A stretch of DNA of 64,000 nucleotides, taken from the NCBI RefSeq assembly GCF_030028105.1, contig NC_092395.1, positions 37,230,424-37,294,423 on the forward strand, read 5' to 3'. The notes under the pieces were generated by a model. The model had not been told where the DNA came from. It saw only the letters and a program-made list of their open reading frames with translations, and searched no databases. Each line of letters begins with the position of its first letter. Position 1 is the stretch's first letter. The stretch comes from Mobula birostris (lineage: Eukaryota). Positions 38,582 through 50,865 of the stretch are shown here, one piece after another. The translations under genes and the position numbers were made by a program.

Positions 38582-38798
38582 GTAAGGAATAGATTAATGG
38601 TAGTTATGTGTGGTCACAATTGCATAGTGATTTTGTTTAATTTGTATTGTAGACTGCACATAGTTCAATATTCAATTTTGTTTGAGTTAATGGGTAAAGT
38701 TCTGGTGTCCATTGTGTAGACTTTCTTTATTGGGAATGATTAATTATCTTCAGTTTAAGTTAATTTTCTGATCTGTTGAATAGGGTATTTAATTCAAC

Positions 38799-38855
38799 AT
38801 GGCATCAATTAACCAAGCATCTGATACTACAGAGGCTCCAGATAGGAACCAAAAG
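38799..38855 (+). CDS. Divergent perilipin coding exon 1 (MASINQASDTTEAPDRNQK)
   Basis: Acceptor ttgaatag at 38783, ATG in aacATGG context, donor AAG|gtaact, phase 0; parallels exon 59228-59299. Confidence 0.8.
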
Positions 38856-41800
38856 GTAACTTGAAACTTATACTTAAGTAATTTCTTTAGTGTTTTCTCT
38901 AAATCTTGACAAATTGGATGTGCCTCTTAAAAATCTCTAACTGTAGATTTCTTCTAATCAATATCCCATAGTACTTAATGGTGTCTATGTTCCTTTTTGC
39001 TGAAGAAAATTAACTCCACATTAGCATTTGGCTAGGGGAAAAGAGTAATTTGCTGAAGTGGAAGTGTGATTGTGTATAAAAGCAAAAATTTGTAAATATT
39101 ACTATGCATATTTAGTTTTTAATACTCATAATTGAAAATGTTTTTTCATTACCAACAGTATAAATCCTGACTACTGTTCCAATCTAGCCTTTTGGTAGGA
39201 ACTGTGGGATGAGGTATTGAAATGAAGTGGCTGAAGTTAACATATTGTCATGGGTACTGAGTGGAAAAATTTGTTTTGTATACAGTCCATACAAATCATC
39301 TTGTTACAATGTGTATTGAGGTAGTAAAAGACTTCAAAAACTACAGAATAGTGTTAAGAGTACCACTGACAAAAATTCCCTAAACACTAGGGGATGTTGT
39401 CTAGTAGTTGACCAACAGTTCTTTCACTCAACATTGCATAATACTGTCTTGAATGTTTGGTATATACAAATTGACTGCTGTTAATTTATTCCTTGGATAA
39501 CAAGTTACACACAAGTGCTAGTTGGTGTATCTTTCAAGGTTCCTACTTGTGGAAGTTCTGTGTTGCCTTCACAGGACTATTTTAAGAATAGAATACTTCA
39601 GACTTTTTGTATGATGACTTGTAATAATGGTGATGTAAGATTTTGTGCTTTGGCAATAGTTTAATCCTGAATTTAGGGTTTTTATCTGAATAGGCTTCTA
39701 GGTGCCCTAGTCTATCTCCCATATGTAAGCCATGGTAGTTAGTACTGTATGTTAATTTAATGAATATCCTGTAGTTTAGATGAATGGTAGAATGCTCTAG
39801 GATTAAAACAGTTGGGGGGGGGGGGGTTGTTGGTGTAGAAGGATGCTTGATTTTTTTTCTTGTAAACATAATGGCTAAAGGGCCTGATTCTATGTTGTTA
39901 GCCTCTAATTACTTCATGTGACTTTAAATTTAAGCATGAAGAATTGGCTTTAATCTAGGAAGTATATTTTGAATCCTGTAACTGATTATGTATGCTTGAG
40001 TACTGTTCTTCCTTCCTTGTCCTCTAAAAGGAGCCTTGCTTCTGATGCACCTCAAAAACATGCTAAACTTGAGTAATTTTGAGATTTGTGTGAGTGGCTA
40101 CAAATCACTGATCAGTAATTAAAAACCTGGCTCTTAATTTCAGGATGTGCCTGTGGCAGCTACTCCCCCTTGTGAAAATGTTACTTGTGCCCAGGCACTG
40201 GCTGAGCAGACCAGTGCTAAGGAGAACATTCCTGAGAAAAGTATTTGCAATGTGATGGAGCAAGGACAGGAAACACCTTCATCAATGGTTAACAAAAGTG
40301 CTGAGTCAAACAAGGAGAAGCCAGGGCCTCAATGTAAGCTGAATAGCTGAAGTTTTGTACTGGAATCTCAATATTAACTGAACTGTTTTAAAGGGTGATG
40401 AAGAAATGTAGTGCAGCACAGTGGAAGTATTGATAAGTACCCAAACCAATGAACTGTCCCTGTTTAAATTTCTAATCTGCTTCATCTGCAATCTTTGTCT
40501 AATGCTATGTACTTACTATAATGGCTTTACTCTAATGGCATTCCATCCTGACATATAACCATGCATTTCCACCTTTACTGTCTACACAGGATATACCAGA
40601 GTGAAAATCTATGGATTGAAGGGTGTAAACTAGTGAAGGCAGTGAATTTGTAACTGGAACAGCCTTATCTTTCCAACCATTGTGCATACTAAAGCTCTTC
40701 CTTTCTTCTTCCCCCTGCCCCCCACCAAAAAAACAACTTGGACCATATTTGATCCTATCCTTGCCACACTTTAAGACTTTTTCTTGTATTTGTACTACCC
40801 ATTTGGAACTTTGGATTTGAAACAATTCAAATATTACAAAATGAAGATTCTCTGCAGTGACTTAGATTCACTGACCCTCAATGAACAGACGAGGTCTTAA
40901 TTTTGTTTTGCATTTAGTTGCAGAAACTAAAGATGAAGGGGTGGACAAAGCCCCTATACTTCATCCTACTGAACAGGTTGGTGGGACTTTAATGGATTCT
41001 TCCTTGAACCGAGATGATTCTCTAGGGGGCAATGCTCCAGATCCTTCTCTGCCCAATTCTACTTTCTAGCCATGAGTGTTGGTGTATTGCAGGTAGTACA
41101 GCTGTCCTCATTCCAGACATTTGTCAGGAGTCTACACTCCTGTGTTCCCCAGATGCTCTGGATTCTCCCTACATCCTAAACATGTGCAGATGTATTAATC
41201 AGCTGCTTTAACTTGGTGTAGGAAGAAGTGGTATTTATGGACACAAGGATTGATTATATGAAGCAAATTAAATATCAAATTGCTCAAAGATAAGAATTTT
41301 CTGGTCCAAAAGCTAAATGGATATCAATGAAACAAACTATAGGCTTCTGATGCTAATAATATCTCTAGCCCTGAAATTGCACTGCTATCTGACAGTTGGG
41401 TATGCTTCCTACCAACACAAAGCAGTGAGGAATCTAGATCAGTAGTATTAAAACTGTTAATATAACCAATTATTTTTAAAGCTTGGCTAATCTAGTCACT
41501 GTGCTGAATTGGCATACCGAGTAACAAATTGTCAAACAGTAGCCTGCGCACACCTTGATTTACCCTGAATCCTAGGGCCATAGTTGTAAAACTTGACTGA
41601 AAACTAACCTGGTTAATTAAAATCTTCCCACCTTTTACTGTCTGATCATAAACTTGTTTGCCAAACTGTGCAAGAATTGCTATTGGCTGAATCGATGCAG
41701 TTGATCTCCCTGTCCCATGTGTTCTAGGACCAGGGTCATGGAGGTAAGCTGGTGTCCTGGATGACTGATGTGAAAGACAAACCAGCTGGCATTGTGAAAA

Positions 41801-44800
41801 TAGCAGCAACCTTTGTTCAAGGCAACCTGGAGCAAATTAAAACTGTAGCTGAAGGTTCCAATACTGCGGTCCAGCCAGTGGCTACCAGCTCAGAGATTAA
41901 AATGCTAACAGCTGCAGATCTGTGCCTTCCAATGACCAAAATAAAACCAGGTAATCAGATATGCTTCTCTAAATTTTTTTCTAAATCTTTCTCACAATCA
42001 CTTTTGCACTTGAGCTAATGTGCTTGTACTGTAATATTGGCCTCTAAATTCCATCCTGCTACACTCTAGGAGGAAGGAGAATCCATTATGTAGTTAAAAA
42101 TGTGTGATGCAGCATCTCAAAATTCCCACATGGTAGGAAGTTGAGTGCTGAATCACCAGTGGGAGAACCCTCCCTTCCCCCCCCCCCCCACTAGAAACAT
42201 TACCTCTTTCAGTTCTCCAAAATGGCAAAGGTTGAAGTTGATCAAGGATGTTAACCTCTGTATTCTGTTAACTTAGAGGGCTGACAAACTGCTTCAGCCT
42301 TTCTGCTTGCTCTGGAAACATAGCATTGAAAAGCTTTTCTGCACTCTAAAACTGACATCCTGCAGCTACCCATTGTATCAAGTAAGGATGAGATACTGCA
42401 GATGCTGGAAATCCGAGAGCAATACACAAAGTGCTGGAGGAGCTCAGCAAGTCGGGCAGCATCCCTGGATGGGAATAAAGTTGACCTTTCAGGCTCAGAC
42501 CCTGCATCAGGAAGGGTCAACAGTTTATTCCTATCCATAGATGCTGCCTGACCTGCTGAGCTGCTCAAGCACATTGTACATCTCTAGTAGGGAGTACTAC
42601 ACAAGATGTAAGAGCAGAATTGGAGCATTTGGCCCATTGAGTCTGCTCTGCCATTTCATGATTGGAGCTGAGAGGAAAATAGATTAATCTCCCAATGACT
42701 TGGCCTCCATGCTGATTGTGGCAATGAATTCTAATTGTCCTATGGACATTGTCATGAGGACCATAGAGAAAGTACAAAGGCCTTAGACCCTGAGTCCATA
42801 AATACCTGTCTGCTTGAGTATTGCTCAACCTTCAGTCTTGTCCTGGACTGAGATCTCATGTAACCTGCAAGGAATGGATACTTGGCTTACAGCAGCTGAG
42901 GTCAGCTTGCTTCCTGTCTGCTGCTGTTACACTTTTCAGTTTCTTGCTACATTTGGGGATGTGCATGTTGCTTTGTTCTGAGACTTGTAGTCAAGTGTCC
43001 TATGGCAATGTGCCATAAAGAATGCATATCATTAAAGCCTTTCATGTACTCCCTGTATCTCCTTGAGACTCCCCTAATGACTTCCCAGGAATGTCTTCTA
43101 GAAAGCCTAGCATTAACAGTGGAATACAGCACAAATGCACCTGGCAGTAACATTTTCTACTAGCCTGAGTTCTTGCTCATTCAGGAGCATTATACCTAGA
43201 AGCTATGTGTAGCTCCCTTCAAAAGCAATTTCAGTTGCAGCAGTGGTGCCTTCCAGAAATTCATTACATTATATCTTGGCAGGACACAAACAGTCTGGAT
43301 GGCATCTCTTAAAGAGCAACTACCTCCCAGTGCCAGAGACTAGGTTCATTCTGACCTGGATTGCTGTCTGGTGGTGAAACCTATGCTGTGGTTACCTAAA
43401 AGTAAATGACCACACCTTAATTCATTATTGTAACAATGTATATAAGCATGTTGATCCCAGGTTAGTGACATGTTGTTTATTTTGTATTTGGGGCACTAAA
43501 ATAAGGAATCTTGTATTGGCTAACAAATTATCTTTGCAGGATCAGGCTTGGTTCTTCCTTATTGTTTCCAGAGTTCTAATTACATACAAAATCCTACATA
43601 TCCTATAGTTAAGGTGTTATCAATCCTGAATTCCATTGCTTCTAGCTGACCTCTATTCATTTTTCATTGGTTCTGTGCCCAAGGCTACAAGTAGCATCTC
43701 ACTGCTCTTATCCCTAGTAAAATATGCCTATCTTTTCCTTTTCACTGAATCGGGCCATTTCGGAAGTGTTAATAGTGATGTTTCAGAATTTGTTGAAAAC
43801 TACTCTGGAGGACTGAAAATCACAAATTCCCCTGAAATCGAAGGTAGGAAGCAAAAGGCAGGAAATAATGGGCCAGTTAGCCCATGCCCATTATTAAGGA
43901 TGAGATCTGGGTACTTGGAGGCACACAACTTTAAAATAGGCTAAAATCAGCATTGTTCCCTTGGGCAAAGATCTTGCCTGACAAATCCATGGGAATTTAA
44001 GTAACAGGCTGGATGGTCAATGGATGTTCACTTGGATTTTTCCGAAGGCCTTTTAAAAGGTGCTGCACAAGGCTACCAAACAAGATAGAAGCCTTTAGGA
44101 TTACAGGAATGGTAGTAGCATGGCTAAATAGCTGACTAGCAGATGAGGAGTAAGAATAAAAGGGCCCTTGTCTGACAGTGTCTTGTGTGGAATAGAGGTC
44201 AGTGTGTCTGCTGCTTTTCATGTATCATTGAAATTGGCTTTGTAGCCAAAATTGCAGATTATACAAAGATGGGTGGAGGGGCAGGCAGTATTAACCATGG
44301 AGTCTGCAGAAGGACTTGGGCAGGTTAGAAGTGGCATATGGAATAAGAGGTGTTTGGTTATGCACTGTGGTGGAAGAAAAAGACTATTCTCTAAATAGGG
44401 GAGAATTCGGGAATCAAAATGTACAGGGACTTGAGCCCTAGAGTAAAATTCCCTGAAGGTTAACTTGCAGGTTGCATTTGCCTGCCTTATTCCAATGATG
44501 TTAACATCCATTTTTGTGAGAACTGGAATATAAGGGCAAGGATGTAATGCTGAGACTTCAGGTGGTATTGCAGACAGTTTGGGGCCCCAGATCTAAGGAT
44601 GGATATGCTGGAGAGGGTCCAGAGAAGATCTAAGAACCCCCAGGATCAATGTACAAGGAGCATTTGATAGCTTGGGGGGGGGGGGGGGGGTTCTAATGTA
44701 GTTTAGAAGGATATGGGTAGTGGATTTGGAGAGGATGTTTTCAATAGTGAGTTTAGGCCAAAGGGCATATCCTTTACAACAGATGAGGAATTCCTTTAGC

Positions 44801-47058
44801 CAGAGTATGGTAAATCTGTGGAGTTCATTGCTACAGACTGCCATGGAGGCCAAGTCACTGGATACTTCTACAGCAGAGGTTGAGTTCTTGTTTGGCTATA
44901 GGGTGAAGGCAGGAGACTCTGCCATGATATGGCAGAGCAGATTTGATGGGCTGCATGGCCTAATTCTGCTCGTGTCTTGTGGTCTAAACCAGTCTAAAGT
45001 CAGACATGCAAACACGAGGAAATCTGCAGATGCTGGAAATTCAAGCAACATACAAAATGCTGCTGGAACGCAGCAGGCCAGGAAGCATCTATAGGAAGAG
45101 GTACAGTCGACATTTTGGGCTGAGACCCTTCATCAGGACAGACATGGCTCAGTTATCTTTCTTCATGGACATGGTATTTGTAAGCTTATTCTACTTTAAA
45201 GTACCCACAAATAACTTGGTTGGAAATTACTGATTCTAGCATATTTTTATAGGGCCTTTTATGTTCACTTTAAAATACTTCAATCCAGCAAGTATTTAGA
45301 AATTTGCACCACAAATGATCACAAGAGCAATCTCTCAAAACAATAGTCTCCACTTCCACCACATGGCATAAACAAAGACATTTGTTTTGTCTACTTGTCC
45401 ACTGTCCATGTTCTAGTTAGCTTATCTTGCGAATTTTTAATTTCTTCAGGCCAATTGTGTAATTTGCATATCTCCAACTGGATTTCTCTGGGTACTTTGG
45501 TTTCATGTGATACAAGTTATCTACTATACATTGCCCTTATTAAGGGAATGGTAGAATGTATGAGCACTACTTGGGAAGATAAAGGTAAAGAGTTTGATAG
45601 CTCAAATTTTGTAGGATGAGGGGCCTATTTCCCTGCTGTATTCCTGACTAGTGGGAAAGTGCTTCTAAACAGTTAATTCTGAAACTTGACTTTACAGCTA
45701 AAGTGCCAGTTCCCATTGGAGGGTCTGTAATGGGACAAGAGCCGAGTTTCTATGTGCATTCCGGATATTTGACATCAAAGCCTCACAATGATGGACCTCG
45801 GTATTCTGTGGCTAAGATGCAACAAGACACACAGGATGGTCAAGAGATTCTTTCCTTCTTGAATAAGCTTCTGGATCTGGTAAGGAAACAATTCCATTAT
45901 ACTTGTAAGCTTTTGCAACTTACAAATGTTACACTTGTGCTGCACTGAAGTTACTTGCACCATATTTTTAATGGGGGAAAAAGCCAACTTAGTTTGTTCA
46001 CCTTGAGCCAAGTAAATCTAATTCTAACCACCTCATCTTCAAAAGCAAACCAAATGCTACCAATGTATGGCTACTTCAAATTAATAACTTGGTTTTGGAG
46101 CTAAGCCACTCTATTTATTTTAGATCAATGTAGGAAAGAGGGGAACTGAATCAACACGCCTTGAAGTTGATGAGCATTTGAATCAGGTCCTGCTTGACTG
46201 GAGAGAGCACCAATCAAAGAAACAAGAGGAAGAGTTGCTATTGGAAAAACCTGAAGTAAGAAATTGATCTCTTGGCACTTGTAACCAAGTGTTAAATTAA
46301 GCCACTTAATATGCTGCACACAGTGGTGCTAATTTATCTCTCTAGAATGGCCTACTACCTTTAAAGGTGCATACAATTACATGGTCTCCTTCCTCTCTGT
46401 TTCTGTAATCTTGGCAACAGAAGTTAAACTATTTTTGAAAGGCCTAATTTGACAATATTCTTGCATAGCACTGGTTTTTTTTTATAAAAAAAAAAATTAA
46501 CATTTGCCTACCTGATGAAACTAAATTTTTCTCGTGTGCATTAGGTGTTTAGGAGTGGTGTATATGAGCCAAGGATGAAATGGGTGAATCAGGGTAAAGG
46601 TGAAAAATGCTTGCATGCCTGAAGCCAATTTCCAAAGGAGCAAATCAAAATTGTCTCAGAACAATGTGAACAGAGTGGGTTAACATTTCCCCTATATATT
46701 TCAGCAGGCTGAATCTCGATCACTGGCCATGACTCATAAACTTTCCAACCAACTACAAGCCATCTGTCAAAACTTGGCTTCAAGTGTCCATGGATTGCCT
46801 CAGCACATTGAAGGACAAGTACAGCACTTCTGCAAATGGACAGCAGAGATCTCCAGCACCCTGTCCTTGGCCACCTCTTTTCAGGACCTGTCTGCACAAT
46901 TCCTGGCACAGACCAGAGAGAAACTGATGAAGATTGGTGATGGAATGGATCAAGTGATGGACCATGTGCTTAATGATGCAGAGGTTGACTGGTTGATGGG
47001 GCCCATTAGTCCACACCTAAATGAAGGTTGGGAACCCAGGAATCCCACAACTAAATGA
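38799..47058 (+). CDS. Divergent perilipin-family protein (PLIN3/PLIN2-related), 7 coding exons, 398 aa; join(38799-38855,40144-40333,40918-40976,41728-41950,45698-45879,46124-46255,46705-47058)
   Basis: Exons sum to 1197 nt with no internal stop; all introns GT-AG with phases 0,1,0,1,0,0; motifs KEN.P..K..C.V.EQG, GVDK..PIL.PTE, LPMT, PSFYV, ESRSLAM, SFQDLS, WLMGP follow perilipin order. Confidence 0.9.
40144..40333 (+). CDS. Divergent perilipin coding exon 2 (degenerate PAT domain)
   Basis: tttcag|GAT...CAA T|gtaagc; 190 nt vs 196 nt for the paralog exon; aligns to it through KEN.P, K..C.V.EQG and K..PQ. Confidence 0.88.
40918..40976 (+). CDS. Divergent perilipin coding exon 3 (FAETKDEGVDKAPILHPTEQ)
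   Basis: catttag| ... CAG|gttggt; corresponds to the perilipin GLDKLEE.LPIL.QPTE segment. Confidence 0.85.
41728..41950 (+). CDS. Divergent perilipin coding exon 4 (shortened amphipathic repeat region)
   Basis: ttctag|GAC...CCA G|gtaatc; ends ADLCLPMT like perilipin D..LP.T; in frame with ORF 41752. Confidence 0.85.
42390..42580. repeat. Inverted pair of Penelope-like terminal repeats in intron
   Basis: 42427-42490 is the approximate reverse complement of 42512-42577; a hammerhead-like core lies between them on the minus strand. Confidence 0.7.
43780..44995 (+). mobile_element. Old, heavily decayed CR1 in intron of the divergent perilipin; boundaries approximate
   Basis: Remnants ggatttttccgaaggcctttt, MRNSFSQSMVNLWSSL.Q.AMEAKSL, CR1-type 3' tail tcttgtggtct. 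Confidence 0.75.
45008..45139 (-). repeat. Penelope-like terminal repeat with decayed minimal hammerhead
   Basis: Minus strand gtc-CTGATGA-agggtctcagccc-aAAA-tGTC-gactg at 45104-45139. Confidence 0.7.
45698..45879 (+). CDS. Divergent perilipin coding exon 5
   Basis: tttacag|CT...CTG|gtaagg; QEPSFYVHSGYLTSK resembles perilipin PSYYVRLGSLS.K. Confidence 0.9.
46124..46255 (+). CDS. Divergent perilipin coding exon 6 (INVGKRG...LLDW...EKPE)
   Basis: tattttag|ATC...GAA|gtaaga; 132 nt, open, phase 0; conserved Trp and terminal KPE. Confidence 0.85.
46705..47058 (+). CDS. Divergent perilipin terminal exon (four-helix-bundle C-terminus)
   Basis: QAESRSLAMTHKLSNQLQAIC..SSVHGLP..SFQDLS..MDQVMDHV..WLMGPISP; NAGNAG acceptor at 46702-46707; stop TGA. 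Confidence 0.95.
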   Translation, partial: QAESRSLAMTHKLSNQLQAICQNLASSVHGLPQHIEGQVQHFCKWTAEISSTLSLATSFQDLSAQFLAQTREKLMKIGDGMDQVMDHVLNDAEVDWLMGPISPHLNEGWEPRNPTTK

Positions 47059-47258
47059 AGACTGGTGTCAATGTAGAAGAAATCTAGAAAATGGATGTGA
47101 GCTTAATTGAGTATTTCAATTGTTTCTATTTTCAAACTTCATGAAGATTTGACTGTCCAGATAAGAATTGCTACTTTGTTTTGGGTTTAAATTTGTCCAG
47201 TCTAACTAGATTTGGATTTTTATTTGGTAATCACTAAACTCCCCTGTAATGGGCTTGT

Positions 47259-47264
47259 AATAAA
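47259..47264 (+). terminator. Polyadenylation signal of the divergent perilipin gene
   Basis: First AATAAA ~200 nt after the stop codon, followed by GT/T-rich sequence. Confidence 0.65.
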
Positions 47265-49939
47265 AATGCATACAAATAGAATTAGTGTGAGGTTTTAATT
47301 TGACACTAACCAGTTGTATATGTATACCAGGTGCTTGCTTGAAGTTTGAACTTTTCAATGTTGTTCCCTGTCAAGACCTTTCCATGAGTTGGCCTTCACT
47401 GTTCACTATCAATTTCTGATTTGCTCCTACATCCTTGAATTCAAAGTATCCAACAGGCCCATGCTGTCAGTGGTGTACTAGAAGTATTTACTATCTGGGG
47501 ATTGATTTATTATCACATGAAGTGAGATGGTCAGAAGCTGTTTTGCAAGCAATTTCAAAGTGAGTTACATAAAATAGTTAGACAAGATAACTGGATCTTG
47601 TACTCAGTATGTGAGATTGAACTTCTGTAGTGTTCAAGAGTTTAATAGTGGGAATAGAAGCTGTTATGGGCCTGTTTTCAAGCTTCTGTGCCTGAAGGAA
47701 AGAGACTGGAGAATGCCTGGGGTGAGAGGATTTTAATGCTATAATCACTGACCAGCTAATCCAAGAAGTCAAGGCAATTCTAGTCCTCTATTGCACCTCA
47801 ATTTGTCTAGCCTGTTTTTGGTCCCTGATACTGCAGATACATCTTCAAATTTGAATGTAGTTGCTAAAGTAATTGAGAACAAATGCTGCATGTGATTTAT
47901 GGTGTAGTAGGAGAATATATGCCCTAGAGTGAGGCAAGATCTTTTGAGAAGCAAATGATTTTGATTCGGTATGATTGATGACAAATGTCAAACAGTTAAC
48001 ATCAAATTTAGAATTGGCTTCAGTTGAATGTTTTTGGTACTGTCTGCATTTGGCTTAAATCTTGTCATTGGACTCCATTCAGCCCAGCCAGCTGCTCATT
48101 CCATGCACCATTCAACATCCAATTTGATTTGCACTTGCTTGGCATAATAGCACAATATTATGATTTCTGTATCTTTGACAGTTGTCATCCTTTAAACTTT
48201 GTTCTCTAGTAAGAGCTAACTAATGGGAATAAGTGTCAACTCTAAATCTTGTTACTTCTATAGACCTTTCAACAGAGACTTCACTTCCAACATCTCAATA
48301 CTGAAGGCCCACATTTTTTAATTTCATGGTAAAATTCATGTCTGCATTTGGATAAATGCATCTCTAAAGTCTTCCATAATTGTGTGCAATTATCCAGTTG
48401 AAGCCTCTCCACTAATTTAAGGTTGGAGCATGTTTTATTTGCAATTTGATTAAGTTTTTAGCCGTATTGTCAATTTACCTAAAGGGACATCTTGGCTTTT
48501 AATCCATCATGTTAGGGTAGCTCAAAGTGGCTTCATGTCTCCCAATGAGCCACAACTCCAAGCCTCAGATTATTTTATCATCCCTTCTAAACAAGCAAAC
48601 CCCACTACTTAGTGTTTCCTTACCACAAATTAAAAGCTTGCTTCCAACACAAGCCCAGGCCACTTGGAACACTTGAGTAACAAATCAGAACAATTTGGGA
48701 GCTTTGTATGTTGGATTGCTTGGTGATCAGTAACATAGGAAATGCCAGCCTTTGCTATCATCGAGGCAGTTTCCTGTCCACACTGCCTTTTAACATTATA
48801 ATTGAGTTTTAACATTAAGATTTAAATCCTTGTTTAATTTCTCACTAACCAATGTGTTCCCAAATTGTTTTCCAATTTTCCCTGATGCTGCTGCATAGAG
48901 GGTCTGTTGTGTGTATCCTGATTATCTAAACTATAAAATCATCAGAACATGAAATTCTGCAAATGTGGAAATTCTAAAGTTGTAATTTTAACTAATTCTC
49001 CTGTCTAATTCTTCATGAGAATCAATTCCTCTTTCTCCCCCTCCCCCTCCCCCTCCCCCCCCACATGGGAAGTCTTCCATCTGGGCTGCATATTTAGATA
49101 TTTAGTAGTTCTCAATGTTTTTGCATTTTAAATTTAAATATAATTGTCATTCAATCATTCATAAATACAACCAAACAAGACAGTGTTACTACAGGGCCAG
49201 GGTCAAGATGCTAAAACAAGAACACAAACACAGAATAAAAGACCCAATGCACATGCACTGCCCCCCTCCCCGATAAAAGTCAACAACTGCAGAATATCCA
49301 GGCCCCCTCATCCCACTGACACCTGCTATGTGATAACTGTCTCAGAGGCCCAGTCCTCAATATACAGGCACATATAGAATATTATTTTATATAAAAAGTT
49401 TTTAATTATCCAGAACCCCTCAGTCCAAATGAAATAACTGACTATACCTGCACTGCACTGCCCCAGTAGAGCATGAAGGCTTGCCCATCATGAATTTTCT
49501 TCCACAACTATCCCATTATTTTCCTGTAGCACAAAATAGCCACAATGTTTTCTACATGTCTTCTATCTCTAACTTTCTCATTAAATGGGGTAGACATATA
49601 CACTTCACTGTAACATCTTTTAGGTTCAATTTAGTGTGGACTTTTATTTCTCAACATTTTATTTAATATTTCTTTGCCTCCCACTTCAACTTTTTGAAAT
49701 CCTCTCATTATCTTGTTAATTTTTCTGATGTCAATTAAATCTCAATCCTGGCATTTGCTATGCTATTAGTTCAGTTTTATTTCAACTTGTTTCCTTGGTC
49801 ATTCAGAGTGCATTAGTTGTGCTTTCTGTGCCTTTTATCTCTTCCCTGAATGTCATCTAAATTGCATTCACTATTTGTTAGATCACCAAAATTAGTTTTT
49901 GCATTTTATCCTCAACATATTCAATAATTAAAGGGAGAA

Positions 49940-50402
49940 GCCACAGAAAATGGTGGGCACAGCCTAGTTCATTGCAAGAAACATCCCCACTGTGGAATAC
50001 ACTTACAAGGAGTACTGCCAAAACAAACCAGCATCCATCAATGACACCTCACAACTGCCATTGGGAAGTAGGTACAGAAGCCTTAAGTTTCATACAGCCA
50101 GGTTCAGGAACAGTTATTACGTACAACCATCAGACACCTGAACCAGTGTGGATAACGTCAATCACACTAAACTGATTCTATAACTTACAGGCTTGTGTTC
50201 CAGGATTCTTTACAACTCCAGTTCTCAGTACTTTTTATTTTATACAGTTTGCCTCCTTTTGCTCATTGGTTGCTTGTCAGTCTTACTATGACTAGTTTTT
50301 TTCCTGGAATTTCCATTTCTTTAGATACCTGATAGAAAATTAATCTCAAGGTAGAATATGGTGATATTTGTTCTTGGATAATAAATTTACTTTGAACTTT
50401 GA
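49940..50402 (+). mobile_element. Rex1-like LINE 3' end, decayed
   Basis: gggcacagcctagttcat..., ccaggttcaggaacagttatta, tail aataaatttactttgaactttga shared with 27780-27803. Confidence 0.65.
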
Positions 50403-50865
50403 TTCCATTCCTACATCCAAATGCAAGACTTATTTCTTCCTAATGGTTTTGCATATAAAAATGTGTACATATTGATTGATGATGTCTCTCCCCAATTCCT
50501 GCCCAGCTTGCTGAATATTTCCAGCATTTATTGTTAAACTGCTCTGTCCTTTGTGTCACTGCATACACTTGGTAAAGAAATTATTGCTCATGTATCAGGA
50601 ATGAATGAAGGAGAGAATGTGCTTGGAGGTGAGGACAGAGTCAAGGTCATAGCAGAATACTTGCACAGATATTCACTAAAGAGACAGGAAAGCAGTGTAG
50701 GATATGCTAATATGTCAGGGCACTTGGAGATAAAGACAGGTACTGGTGGGTTTGCTGAACATAAATCTCCAGTGTCCGATGGAATATACCCCAGGTTATT
50801 GAGGTAAGAGAACAGTGCTGAGACTTTAACCGTGAACTGTGTCCTCTGGAGCTATAAGCAAGATT

